Positions 28,578 through 38,482 of a stretch of DNA of 64,000 nucleotides are shown here, piece after piece. This DNA comes from Candidatus Altimarinota bacterium (GTDB lineage: Bacteria > Patescibacteriota > Gracilibacteria > UBA4473): the NCBI GenBank assembly GCA_965231215.1, contig OZ246423.1:928001-992000 (forward strand), given 5' to 3'. The notes below the pieces were generated by a model. That model ran no database searches. It was not told the DNA's origin and worked only from the letters and a program-made list of their open reading frames with translations. The number at the start of each line of letters is the position of its first letter. The stretch's first letter is position 1. Position numbers and translations under genes: made by a program.

Positions 28578-30866
28578 ATGTCTTTGAATCGAATTTTTAC
28601 ACGTTATTTCTGTGCTGTTTTGGCTTTATTATGGGCCTTTTCTGCGGAAGCGTTGTTTTTTCAAGTAGATGACACTGTAGCCGCTGACAATGCGGCTTTT
28701 AGAGTTTCAGGATTACAGTCTAATGAAACGGTTGGCTTTTGGCTCGATAGACCCGAAGGTGAAGGTTTAACTTTTTCAGCTAAGGCCGATGAGTTCGGAG
28801 TGATTAATGAAGAGGTGTATGGACTGCACCTGAAAAAATCAGGCAAATATACCCTAAGCCTAACGCGGCCGTTGCTGCCGTATGATCCGGAAAGCGTAAG
28901 TTTTACCGTGAAACCCGGAGCGCCTTCGGCCTACCGGTCAGAACTAGTGGCTCATATAAAATCTCTGCCGGCCAATGGTGAGGCGGAGGGACCGTTTAAA
29001 GTAGTGGTGCGCGATGCTTATGGAAACCCTGTCTCAGATCAGAGCGTAAAAGTCTTCTCTTCACGAAAAGAAGACTGGATCGTAGCCTCTGGACGAACCG
29101 ATAGCGAAGGGATTATAAGAGGAAAAGTGACTTCACAAACACCTGGAGTTTCAGTGCTTTCAGCGCTTGTGGGAGAGGTTACTATTTTTGAGCGCACAGA
29201 GCTTATCTTTCACCTTCCCGCTAATCAACTTGGAAACGTGGGGCAATCAGACAATATTGGCCAGTTTCTTAAAGCGCAGTTATTTCAAGAAGAAGGGTTT
29301 GATGAGGTCGCTTATTTCACGCTAGAAGAAATAGAAAACGAGGTGATAACCGATCGAAACTATACCGTAAAAATAGTGGCTAAAGACGCTGACGGAAACA
29401 TCGTAAAAAACTATAAAGGAAAGATTAGATTTTCTTCAAGTGATAGCGAGGCTCAGCTCCCAGCCGATTATGAATTTGAAGACGAAGATCAAGGAGAACA
29501 TACCTTTGCCTTGGCCGTTACCTTTGGAACTCCAGGACAGCATACACTCAGTGTCGCCGACTTTAATAACTCGGTGATTCGAGGGCAAAAAACCTTAGAA
29601 GTATTTGATGAAGATCAATTTGGCCCAGAAGGAGAAGATGGACCTCTGACAATTATTACTCCGCTTGAAGGTACCTACAGTTCGCCAAGAATGACCATTA
29701 CGGGGAAAGGGCCATCAGGTTCTACTATTAAACTCAGCGATGGGCCAACACTGCTTATTGAAGACCTTATTATTGATACTAACGGGGACTTTGTATACCA
29801 AACTCCAGCACTAGCCGATGGACTGCATAAGTTTTTCGCATCCACACTGGATGAATCTCAGTTTTCAAACGAAGTAACGATTCGTATTGATCAGACTCCA
29901 CCGAGAGTATTGGCGGTAGAAGTAGACCCGCCAGAGGGCGTAGATCCAGGATCCATATTCCAGGTAAAAGTATCTTCAAATGAACCGCTCTCAAGTGCTC
30001 GGTGTGTGTTTAATGAAATTGCTCAAGTGCTGACTCAGTCTGGAGAAATCTTTGTCGGAAACTATCAGGCTCCACAAAGTTGTGGTGAATACCCAGTAGG
30101 ATGTACCGTCGCTGATGTGCTAGGGAATGAGTTGCAAGAAGACAACGCCGCCGTCGTAAAAGTCTGTAAAGAAGGGCAAGAAGAAGCTGATAAAGATACG
30201 GATCAAGATGGACTTAGCGATATTTCTGAAGGGTATGAACTCGATGATGACGGAGATTGCGTGCCAAACTGGCTGGAATCTATTGTTGCTGATAGTGATG
30301 GGGATGGCATAGTAGACCAAAAAGACCCAGATAATGACACCGATAATGGAGGGATTGATAATACCCGAGAATGTAGAGAACTTGGAACTGATCCACTCAA
30401 TCCAGATGATGATCAACAAGGAGGGATTCGCCCAACAGCGGTGCCTAATTTGTCAGCGGAACCTGGAGATAAAAGAGTTACGCTTTTCTGGTCCCCCGCT
30501 AAAGACGATAAAGAAGTAGTAGCCTACAGTATTAGCTACGGGCTCTCTTCAGACGCCCTAACCCTGACCAACAAGACGCCAGATGCGCGTACACAGTGGT
30601 ATATTGATGGACTCGAACCAGCGACAAAGTACTTCTTTCAGATTAGAGCTATAGATGATGGAGGGGCTCAGGGAGTGCCGAGTAATGTGGTGGAAGCCGC
30701 AACCTTCGATGCTAATGGGAACCCCGTAGAAGGAAGCTCCGTAAAGGGAGAACGCAATTTTCACTCTTCAGCAGTACCAAGGACTGGAGCTCGTAATTGG
30801 CTTCCGTATGGATTAGCTATTTTGGGAGGTATTTTCTTTTTATACGTCAGCCGGAAAAGGAGCTAA
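28578..30866 (+). CDS. Ig-like (Big/invasin) + acidic TSP3-like + FN3 surface protein with VPRTG sortase-type sorting signal
   Basis: Signal peptide; DAYGNPV, DADGN, DVLGN; DTDQDGLSD and DSDGDG repeats; FN3 (LFWSP...GLEPATKYFFQIRA); C-terminal VPRTG-TM-RKRS. Confidence 0.82.
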   Translation: MSLNRIFTRYFCAVLALLWAFSAEALFFQVDDTVAADNAAFRVSGLQSNETVGFWLDRPEGEGLTFSAKADEFGVINEEVYGLHLKKSGKYTLSLTRPLLPYDPESVSFTVKPGAPSAYRSELVAHIKSLPANGEAEGPFKVVVRDAYGNPVSDQSVKVFSSRKEDWIVASGRTDSEGIIRGKVTSQTPGVSVLSALVGEVTIFERTELIFHLPANQLGNVGQSDNIGQFLKAQLFQEEGFDEVAYFTLEEIENEVITDRNYTVKIVAKDADGNIVKNYKGKIRFSSSDSEAQLPADYEFEDEDQGEHTFALAVTFGTPGQHTLSVADFNNSVIRGQKTLEVFDEDQFGPEGEDGPLTIITPLEGTYSSPRMTITGKGPSGSTIKLSDGPTLLIEDLIIDTNGDFVYQTPALADGLHKFFASTLDESQFSNEVTIRIDQTPPRVLAVEVDPPEGVDPGSIFQVKVSSNEPLSSARCVFNEIAQVLTQSGEIFVGNYQAPQSCGEYPVGCTVADVLGNELQEDNAAVVKVCKEGQEEADKDTDQDGLSDISEGYELDDDGDCVPNWLESIVADSDGDGIVDQKDPDNDTDNGGIDNTRECRELGTDPLNPDDDQQGGIRPTAVPNLSAEPGDKRVTLFWSPAKDDKEVVAYSISYGLSSDALTLTNKTPDARTQWYIDGLEPATKYFFQIRAIDDGGAQGVPSNVVEAATFDANGNPVEGSSVKGERNFHSSAVPRTGARNWLPYGLAILGGIFFLYVSRKRS

Positions 30867-30943
30867 ATAGAAAAGTCATTTAAAATGAAGGCTTTGTTTT
30901 GCAAGGTTCTTTTGTCTATAAGCTATTCAGGGCCTTTTTTTTA

Positions 30944-30952
30944 TGCTAGAAT
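30944..30952 (+). promoter_or_regulatory. Extended -10 promoter of fibre gene 2
   Basis: TGCTAGAAT 39 nt upstream of ATG 30992. Confidence 0.45.
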
Positions 30953-30991
30953 ACAGGAGGATTTTCAGAATTTAAGTAAAAATAAAATCAA

Positions 30992-33598
30992 ATGCACTTT
31001 TTCTCTTTCCCCTTAATTTTATGCGGAGTCTTTTTGTTTTCTGTTGTTTCTGCTACAGAATATGATCCAAGCATTATACCATCAAAAGTAACCGGTGATG
31101 CTTTCACCGCCACAGAGCTAAATACTTTAGTAAATGTAGTGAAGGGTCTTAAACGAGATGATCAAAATACCAGCACTTTAAGTGATGATCGATTTGGAAT
31201 TGGTCTAGAATCAGCTTCCCCAACCCAAAAATTAGAGGTAAATGGGGGCATAAAAGCCACTAGATTTATAGGAGATGGATCACAATTGACGAGCCTTCCA
31301 GAAAAATACTGGATCCAAATTGGAGGAGATATTAATTACCCTTTAGGGAATGTAGGCATTGGTACCTCGAGTATAAGTCCAGGGCTAAAACTAGACATAG
31401 CGGGGAAAGTGGGAGCCGTAGAATACTGTGATGCTTTGGGGACTAATTGTGTAATGCCCTCAGATATAGCCTCCAGTATTGGAAGTGGCGGTGGCGCGAG
31501 TTCTATCCAGCGTGGGGGGAGTAATCCAGGGAGTGGCAGTGAAGGAGATATCTTTTACAATACCTCAAATAATCAAATCTATTTTCATGATGGAAGTAGC
31601 TGGGTAGAGATTAGTAACTCCGTGACCGTTACAACTCCGCCAGGGAGCCCAGATGCAGGAGATACGTATTACAATACTTCAAGTAATGAATATTTTTATT
31701 ATGATGGAGACAGTTGGGAAGTTTTAGGAGGCGGAAAGTGGGAAGAGGGAACAACGCTAGGAACCATTTATTATACTGGTGGAAATGTAGGGATTGGCAC
31801 CTCAAACCCTAGTTTTAAACTTACTATAGTTGGTGATGCAACTGCTTCATGGGTAAGTGCAGCAGCCCTATTGGCTGATACTAGTGCTGGTGGTAGAGCT
31901 TATTCAATTGGGAGTCGGAATGGAGTAGGATTTCATATAGGAGATGAAACAGCTGGAGTTTCATTATTGGTAATTGACGCTGCTGGAAACGCCGGAATTG
32001 GGACAAACAGCCCCTCCTCAGGGTTAAAACTAGACATAGAAGGAAAAATAGGCGCTACAGAATACTGTGATCAAAACGGAGGTAACTGTGTTCCCGCTGG
32101 CAGCTTGAGCAGTGGCGGCAGTGATAATTTAGGGGACCATACGGCCACCCAAACCCTTGATACGCAAGGGATAGATTTTTCAAGGGATAGTGCTCAAGGG
32201 CATATAGATGTAGATGGGGCTCTCTATCGTACAAATGGACAGGCTTACATAACGGTTGATGATAACCTTTATATAAGAGATGCCAATGGGGATTCATCCT
32301 TTAGATTTATAACGGGAAACAATCCCGAAATTAGAATGGGAACCTCAACCAACAATGGTTGGAATACCATTGCTATGGATTCAGCCAATTCCACAAAAAC
32401 CCTGAAAATTCATGGAATGGGAGATAGTAATCATCAATTGAGGTTTGGAAGATATGGAGATAACTATCAAGGCTGGGAAGCCAATCCTGTTGTTTTTGAT
32501 ATGGATGCGGATCACAACACCTTTTTTGTAGCCGGCAATAGTAGAGTCGGAATAGGGACCTCAAGTCCAGCCCAAAAGTTGCACGTAAACGGGAACATTC
32601 GTGCTGATGGGAGACATCTATATCTTGGTTCAGCTCAAGATATATATGGAGACAATAGTTCAGCGGTATATTATGACAGCAATCATGATACGGTCACGCA
32701 GTTAATCATGAGAGACAAACAAAACACGGTATATGGACGACTTTATGGAGATGGTGATGGAGTTGGTTTTGGTCTACTTGATGGAGATGGGAATTGGGCG
32801 ATTCGACACAGCAAAGACAATTATACAGAGTTTAGAGACAATAATGAGGCTCAGTTTAGAGTAGGAGCTGGAGGAGTTTCTGGAAGTTATGGAACGGTAG
32901 AGACTCAAGGAGGAGGAAAAGCAGGATGGGAAGGATTTAATATAAATGGACGATACGTATTTATGTCTTCCGATAACAATACAGTAGGTATTTATGATGA
33001 CATCAATAATCGTTGGCGTGAGTATTGGGATGCCGATGATTATGATCTTCGTCATCAAAACAATGAACTTATTATGCACGCAGATGAAGATGCCTATACT
33101 TACCTCTACCACAATGGAGGCTGGAAACTCAGGACTGAAAGTACAGGGGTAAGAATTAATAATGATCTCTGGGTAAATCGGATTTGTAATACTTCTGGAG
33201 GAGACTGTAAGAACCAATCTTCACTTGGCAGTGGCAGTGGAGGTGGTGGCGGCGGCGGGGCGACTGGGTGTATTTATCAGGGAACCTACCGAGCTGAAGG
33301 ATATGTTTTTTATGATAATTACGGTTCGTGTAATGTAGGGTGTACTAATTATGGGAATGGAAGTACTTGTAGTAACTATACGAGAAATGGTTCAAGATCC
33401 TGCCGTAGAAATACCTGTCAGAGTAATGGTACTTGGGCACAAACAAACACAAGTTGTGGATGTAGTTGTACGGGGAGAAGCTGTAGTGACGATGATGATG
33501 ATAACGATGAGGCTTTAGATGATCTTATTTTGTCAAAAGGAGCTGAAGGTATAAAAACCCTTATTGAAGAACAAAAAGCCAAAGGAAAACTCTACTAG
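30992..33598 (+). CDS. Secreted tail-fibre-like protein 2 with Cys-rich C-terminal tip
   Basis: Signal peptide; [13 protein letters not shown]; GNVGIGT shaft repeats; GDxYYNT...YDGxSW modules; phage-fibre-like [10 protein letters not shown] / [16 protein letters not shown]; Cys-rich tail with DDDDDND. Confidence 0.82.
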   Translation: MHFFSFPLILCGVFLFSVVSATEYDPSIIPSKVTGDAFTATELNTLVNVVKGLKRDDQNTSTLSDDRFGIGLESASPTQKLEVNGGIKATRFIGDGSQLTSLPEKYWIQIGGDINYPLGNVGIGTSSISPGLKLDIAGKVGAVEYCDALGTNCVMPSDIASSIGSGGGASSIQRGGSNPGSGSEGDIFYNTSNNQIYFHDGSSWVEISNSVTVTTPPGSPDAGDTYYNTSSNEYFYYDGDSWEVLGGGKWEEGTTLGTIYYTGGNVGIGTSNPSFKLTIVGDATASWVSAAALLADTSAGGRAYSIGSRNGVGFHIGDETAGVSLLVIDAAGNAGIGTNSPSSGLKLDIEGKIGATEYCDQNGGNCVPAGSLSSGGSDNLGDHTATQTLDTQGIDFSRDSAQGHIDVDGALYRTNGQAYITVDDNLYIRDANGDSSFRFITGNNPEIRMGTSTNNGWNTIAMDSANSTKTLKIHGMGDSNHQLRFGRYGDNYQGWEANPVVFDMDADHNTFFVAGNSRVGIGTSSPAQKLHVNGNIRADGRHLYLGSAQDIYGDNSSAVYYDSNHDTVTQLIMRDKQNTVYGRLYGDGDGVGFGLLDGDGNWAIRHSKDNYTEFRDNNEAQFRVGAGGVSGSYGTVETQGGGKAGWEGFNINGRYVFMSSDNNTVGIYDDINNRWREYWDADDYDLRHQNNELIMHADEDAYTYLYHNGGWKLRTESTGVRINNDLWVNRICNTSGGDCKNQSSLGSGSGGGGGGGATGCIYQGTYRAEGYVFYDNYGSCNVGCTNYGNGSTCSNYTRNGSRSCRRNTCQSNGTWAQTNTSCGCSCTGRSCSDDDDDNDEALDDLILSKGAEGIKTLIEEQKAKGKLY
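32546..33240 (+). repeat. ~695-bp coding module present three times (also 34695-35389 and 39422-40116)
   Basis: Near-identical DNA from GTCGGAATAGGGACC to CAGTGGCAGTGG. Offsets 2149 and 4727; the antisense shadow ORFs are also identical. Confidence 0.92.
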
Positions 33599-33622
33599 AA
33601 CAGATAAAGAAAGATTAAAAAT

Positions 33623-33657
33623 AAAGGCCTTCAGAAATTATTTGGAGGTCTTTTTTT
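33623..33657 (+). terminator. Intrinsic terminator after fibre gene 2
   Basis: AAAGGCCTTCA-loop-TGGAGGTCTTT with U-tract. Confidence 0.65.
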
Positions 33658-33720
33658 CTATTATGAAAATAAAATGAAGAATAAAGCAATATATTTTTTG
33701 AGATAAGCTTACGTTATTAA

Positions 33721-33729
33721 TGCTATAAT
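33721..33729 (+). promoter_or_regulatory. Extended -10 promoter of fibre gene 3
   Basis: TGCTATAAT. Implies the start is ATG 33756 rather than TTG 33729. Confidence 0.6.
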
Positions 33730-33755
33730 TGCGCGAACTTAAAAAAAGAAGGCCA

Positions 33756-36700
33756 ATGCGTCACCCCTCTCTTAGCGTTTGCATGATGGTGCTTATGGTC
33801 GTTTTGACTGTGTTTGAGCCAGTTAAAGCCGCAGAATATGATCCCTCGTCCATCCCCAAAAAAGAAACGGGAGATGCTTTTACCGCTACAGAGCTAAATA
33901 CTTTAGTAAATGTAGTGAAGGGTCTTAAACGAGATGACCAAGGCACCAGCGCTTTAGGTGATGATCGATTTGGAATTGGTCTAGAATCAGCTTCACCAAC
34001 CCAAAAACTAGAGGTAAACGGAAACGTAAAAGCCACTAGATTTATAGGAGATGGATCACAATTGACCAATCTTCCAGAACAGTATTGGATAAAATCCTCT
34101 GGTAATATTAATTACCCTTTAGGTAATGTAGGTATTGGTACCTCGAGTATAAGTCCAGGGCTAAAACTAGACATAGCAGGAAAAGTGGGAGCCGTAGAAT
34201 ACTGTGATGCTTTGGGGACTAATTGTGTAGTGCCCTCGGATGTAGCCTCCAGCATTGCAAGTGGAGGCGGCGCAAGTGCTATTCAGCGTGGGGGGAGTAA
34301 TCCAGGCAGTGGAAGTGAAGGAGATGTTTTTTATAATACAACAGATAATCAAATCTATTTTTATAATGGGAGTAGCTGGGAAGCAATTGGAGGCGGAAAG
34401 TGGGGAGAAGGCACAACGCTAGGAACCATTTATTATACTGGTGGAAATGTGGGGATTGGGACGGCGAGTCCGAAAGTGCCGTTGCATGTGAATGGTGATG
34501 CCTATATTCAGGGGCAGGATTTAATTATGTCTTACCCCACTGATGCTAATAATATTGATAGTATCAGTTACAACGATGGTAATGCTGTTGGCTCTACGGG
34601 GGTTTATACGTTCTTGTCCGATACGACTTTGCGTCCAGCCTGGTACGCACCGACAGCAGCGATTTCCGCGAAGGGCGGTTATTTTGCAGGTAATGTCGGA
34701 ATAGGGACCTCAAGTCCAGCCCAAAAGTTGCACGTAAACGGGAACATTCGTGCTGATGGGAGACATCTATATCTTGGTTCAGCTCAAGATATATATGGAG
34801 ACAATAGTTCAGCGGTATATTATGACAGCAATCATGATACGGTCACGCAGTTAATCATGAGAGACAAACAAAACACGGTATATGGACGACTTTATGGAGA
34901 TGGTGATGGAGTTGGTTTTGGTCTACTTGATGGAGATGGGAATTGGGCGATTCGACACAGCAAAGACAATTATACAGAGTTTAGAGACAATAATGAGGCT
35001 CAGTTTAGAGTAGGAGCTGGAGGAGTTTCTGGAAGTTATGGAACGGTAGAGACTCAAGGAGGAGGAAAAGCAGGATGGGAAGGATTTAATATAAATGGAC
35101 GATACGTATTTATGTCTTCCGATAACAATACAGTAGGTATTTATGATGACATCAATAATCGTTGGCGTGAGTATTGGGATGCCGATGATTATGATCTTCG
35201 TCATCAAAACAATGAACTTATTATGCACGCAGATGAAGATGCCTATACTTACCTCTACCACAATGGAGGCTGGAAACTCAGGACTGAAAGTACAGGGGTA
35301 AGAATTAATAATGATCTCTGGGTAAATCGGATTTGTAATACTTCTGGAGGAGACTGTAAGAACCAATCTTCACTTGACAGTGGCAGTGGCGCGAGTGCTA
35401 TCCAGCGTGGGGGGAGCACTCCAGGGAGTGGAAGTGAAGGAGATGTTTTTTATAACACAACAGATAATCAAATCTATTTTTATAATGGAAGTAGCTGGGA
35501 AGCAATTGGAGGCGGAAAGTGGGGAGAGGGAACAACGCTAGGAACCATTTATTACACTGGTGGAAATGTGGGGATAGGAACCGCTACTCCGGCAGCGTTG
35601 TTAGATATAGCTGGGGGAGTCAAGATTGGAGATGATACAGCTGTCTGTGACAACACGAAAGCCGGAACAATCCGATACCAAGGAGGTGCAGTCCAAGTCT
35701 GTGATGGGTCAACTTGGGGATCCCTCGTGAGTGGGGGGAGTGGAGAGTTTGGGGTGCTAGATTGTGAGCTGGGGACTTTGGCAATCTCTAGCGATAATAG
35801 TGAAGTTTGTACGATCTATAATGATGATATGAAATTGCTGGCCAGTGATGCGGCGGTGGATGATCGCTTTGGCGTGAGCGTGTCCGTGTCTGGTGATATT
35901 GCGGTGATTGGGGCTTATTTCGATGATGATGCTGGTTCGAATAGTGGTTCGGCCTATGTGTTTAGGCGCTCTGGGACGAACTGGGTTCAGGAGGCGAAGC
36001 TGACGGCCAGTGATGCGGCGGCGAATAATCATTTTGGCCATAGGGTGTCCGTGTCTGGTGATACGGCTATGATTGCGGCTAATAACGGTGGTTTTGGTTC
36101 TGCTTTTGGTGTGGTCTATGTGTTTAAGCGCTCTGGGACGAACTGGGTTCAGGAGGCGAAGCTGACGGCCAGTGATACGGGTAGGTTCAATGGCTTTGGC
36201 TCGAGCATATCCATGTCTGGAGATAGGGCCGTGATTGGGGCTAGTGGGGCTAATGATACTGGTGCGGTCTATGTGTTTAAGCGCTCTGGGACGAACTGGG
36301 TTCAGGAGGCGAAGCTGAGGGCCTCTGATGCGGGGGCGAGGGATCAGTTTGGCTATAGGGTCTCCGTGTCTGGTGATACGGCCGTGATTGGGGCGTTTGC
36401 CGATGATGATGGTGGTAGGGATAGTGGTGCGGCCTATGTATTTACACGCTCTGGCACAACATGGAGGCAGGAGGCGAAGCTGACGGCCAGTGATGCGGCG
36501 GAGGTTGATCGCTTTGGCATGAGCGTCTCCGTGTCTGGTGATATTGCGGTGATTGGGGCTTATTTGGATGATGATGCTGGTTCGAATAGTGGTTCGGCCT
36601 ATGTGTTTACGCGCTCTGGCACAACCTGGACGCAGGAGGCGAAGCTGACAGCCAGTGATGCGGCGTCGGGTGATTATTTTGGCGTGAGCGTGTCTGTGTC

Positions 36701-37454
36701 TGGAGATAGGGCGATGATTGGGGCTTATGGCGATGATGCGTTTACTGGTTCGGCCTATGTGTTTACGCGCTCTGGCACAACATGGACGCAGGAGGCGAAG
36801 CTGACGACCAGTAATGCGGCGAGGTATAGTTATTTTGGCTATAGCGTGTCAATGTCTGATAATAGGGCGGTGATTGGGGCGTATGGCGGTGATGATGGTG
36901 GTCGTTGGTTTCGTGGTGTGGCCTATGTTGTAAATGTTGGGACTCAGACGTCTGATACGCTTTCTCAATTGAGTTGTACGGATGGACAGGTTGCGGCTTG
37001 GGATAGTGCGAGCAGTGCTTGGAAATGTGCGGATGGGTCGGGCGGCAGCTCCGCCTTCACCGTCGTCAAAACCGCACATCAGTCCGCGGCTAACGGCGCT
37101 ATCGTGACCTGGGATCTGGCGCTGAACAATGTCGGTGATGATTTCGACCTCACCAATAACCGCTATGTTGCTCCGTCCGACGGGGTCTATCATTTCTCCT
37201 ATGAGATTCTGGGACAAAATAATACGAATACATCAAACTACCGGGTGTATAAAAATGGCGTCAACACGGGGATCGCATCCTACGGAGGCGCTGGCGGCAG
37301 TGTTGTACATCGGCAAAGCGATGCCTCCTTCATTCTGAAACTGACAGCCGGCGATCAGATCGACATTCGGGCTGCAGGCACTCAACAGCCGTATGGAAAC
37401 GCAGGGGCCTATCACACCCATTTCTCCGGCTTCAAAATCTCCGGCGGCGGGTAA
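33756..37454 (+). CDS. Secreted tail-fibre-like adhesin 3: shaft + 7-bladed FG-GAP propeller + C1q domain
   Basis: Signal peptide ending VKA-AEY; shared shaft modules; seven KLxASD...FG.SVS.SGD.A.IGA...G.AYVF repeats; C1q (AFTV...[19 protein letters not shown]...FSGF). Confidence 0.88.
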   Translation: MRHPSLSVCMMVLMVVLTVFEPVKAAEYDPSSIPKKETGDAFTATELNTLVNVVKGLKRDDQGTSALGDDRFGIGLESASPTQKLEVNGNVKATRFIGDGSQLTNLPEQYWIKSSGNINYPLGNVGIGTSSISPGLKLDIAGKVGAVEYCDALGTNCVVPSDVASSIASGGGASAIQRGGSNPGSGSEGDVFYNTTDNQIYFYNGSSWEAIGGGKWGEGTTLGTIYYTGGNVGIGTASPKVPLHVNGDAYIQGQDLIMSYPTDANNIDSISYNDGNAVGSTGVYTFLSDTTLRPAWYAPTAAISAKGGYFAGNVGIGTSSPAQKLHVNGNIRADGRHLYLGSAQDIYGDNSSAVYYDSNHDTVTQLIMRDKQNTVYGRLYGDGDGVGFGLLDGDGNWAIRHSKDNYTEFRDNNEAQFRVGAGGVSGSYGTVETQGGGKAGWEGFNINGRYVFMSSDNNTVGIYDDINNRWREYWDADDYDLRHQNNELIMHADEDAYTYLYHNGGWKLRTESTGVRINNDLWVNRICNTSGGDCKNQSSLDSGSGASAIQRGGSTPGSGSEGDVFYNTTDNQIYFYNGSSWEAIGGGKWGEGTTLGTIYYTGGNVGIGTATPAALLDIAGGVKIGDDTAVCDNTKAGTIRYQGGAVQVCDGSTWGSLVSGGSGEFGVLDCELGTLAISSDNSEVCTIYNDDMKLLASDAAVDDRFGVSVSVSGDIAVIGAYFDDDAGSNSGSAYVFRRSGTNWVQEAKLTASDAAANNHFGHRVSVSGDTAMIAANNGGFGSAFGVVYVFKRSGTNWVQEAKLTASDTGRFNGFGSSISMSGDRAVIGASGANDTGAVYVFKRSGTNWVQEAKLRASDAGARDQFGYRVSVSGDTAVIGAFADDDGGRDSGAAYVFTRSGTTWRQEAKLTASDAAEVDRFGMSVSVSGDIAVIGAYLDDDAGSNSGSAYVFTRSGTTWTQEAKLTASDAASGDYFGVSVSVSGDRAMIGAYGDDAFTGSAYVFTRSGTTWTQEAKLTTSNAARYSYFGYSVSMSDNRAVIGAYGGDDGGRWFRGVAYVVNVGTQTSDTLSQLSCTDGQVAAWDSASSAWKCADGSGGSSAFTVVKTAHQSAANGAIVTWDLALNNVGDDFDLTNNRYVAPSDGVYHFSYEILGQNNTNTSNYRVYKNGVNTGIASYGGAGGSVVHRQSDASFILKLTAGDQIDIRAAGTQQPYGNAGAYHTHFSGFKISGGG
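35832..36941 (+). repeat. Seven ~150-170-bp FG-GAP tandem repeats (array A)
   Basis: Recurrent CAGGAGGCGAAGCTGA, GTGTCCGTGTCTGG and GCCTATGTGTTTA scaffold with variable loop codons. Confidence 0.93.
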
Positions 37455-38325
37455 AGGCACTACCGTTGATTCAGTCACCATCGCCGTAACCACCACCCAA
37501 AGGACCGTACCGGTAAATGTTTCCGGGGTCAATAACGCGGTTGGCGTGAACGGAAGTTGTGCGGTTCTCTCTAACGGACAAGTCCAGTGCTGGGACGGAT
37601 ACGGACTGAATACTATTTCTGGAATTGATAATGCGGTTTCATTGGGAAACGCTAGTAAATCTGATGGCTGTGCGCTTTTGGATACCGGAAGAGTTAAGTG
37701 TTGGGAGCGAAATCGCCTCGATGAGGATCTAAGATCTCCGACGAGAAACATCTATGGAGCGACTCGCCTGGTGATGCATCGTCGCAATGGTTGTGTAGTG
37801 CTGGAAACCGGTAAACTACAGTGTTGGAGTGATGGTTATAGTGATTGGCCCAAGTACCCGGCTATTGTTAGCGGCATTGATAATGTGGTAGATGTTTCTG
37901 TTGAAAATGAAGCTCTCTGTGTGCTTCAGAGCGATGGAGTGGTAAAGTGTTTCGGAGACGCTTCACATGATATTTTCGGTGGAGCGGGGCAGTATCCTTA
38001 TGAGACACCACCGGCAGTAACGGTGGCGACAGGGGCGGTAGCGCTGGCGATGACTGGCCATAATAACTGTATTACCTTTGGGAATGGAAGTACTTGTAGT
38101 AACTATACGAGAAATGGTTCAAGATCCTGCCGTAGAAATACCTGTCAAAGTAATGGTACTTGGGCACAAACAAACGCAAGTTGTGGATGTAGTTGTACGG
38201 GGAGAAGCTGTAGTGACGATGATGATGATAACGATGAGGCTTTAGATGATCTTATTTTGTCAAAAGGAGCTGAAGGTATAAAAACCCTTATTGAAGAACA
38301 AAAAGCCAAAGGAAAACTCTACTAG
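37453..38325 (+). pseudogene. RCC1/BLIP-II-like repeat segment in the +1 frame after gene 3, fused in frame to a copy of the gene-2 Cys-rich tail
   Basis: Four C-xx-L-xx-G-x-V/L-x-C-W/F repeats plus a partial fifth, then GNGSTCSNY...KGKLY as in gene 2. No signal peptide of its own. Confidence 0.65.
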
Positions 38326-38349
38326 AACAGATAAAGAAAGATTAAAAAT

Positions 38350-38384
38350 AAAGGCCTTCAGAAATTATTTGGAGGTCTTTTTTT
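38350..38384 (+). terminator. Duplicated intrinsic terminator
   Basis: Same sequence as 33623-33657. Confidence 0.65.
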
Positions 38385-38447
38385 CTATTATGAAAATAAA
38401 ATGAAGAATAAAGCAATATATTTTTTGAGATAAGCTTACGTTATTAA

Positions 38448-38456
38448 TGCTATAAT
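38448..38456 (+). promoter_or_regulatory. Extended -10 promoter of fibre gene 4 (duplicated)
   Basis: TGCTATAAT. Confidence 0.6.
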
Positions 38457-38482
38457 TGCGCGAACTTAAAAAAAGAAGGCCA

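Larger units (their letters stand above)
33352..37653 (+). repeat. Tandem duplication unit, copy A
   Basis: Starts TGGGAATGGAAGTACTTG inside fibre gene 2 and matches 38079-42392 (offset 4727, or 4739 after the propeller). Confidence 0.93.

Noticed and set aside
35832-36941. CRISPR-like pattern of constant repeats with variable spacers
   Set aside because: Units are ~150-170 bp, in frame and protein-coding; the variable parts are homologous loops; no cas genes
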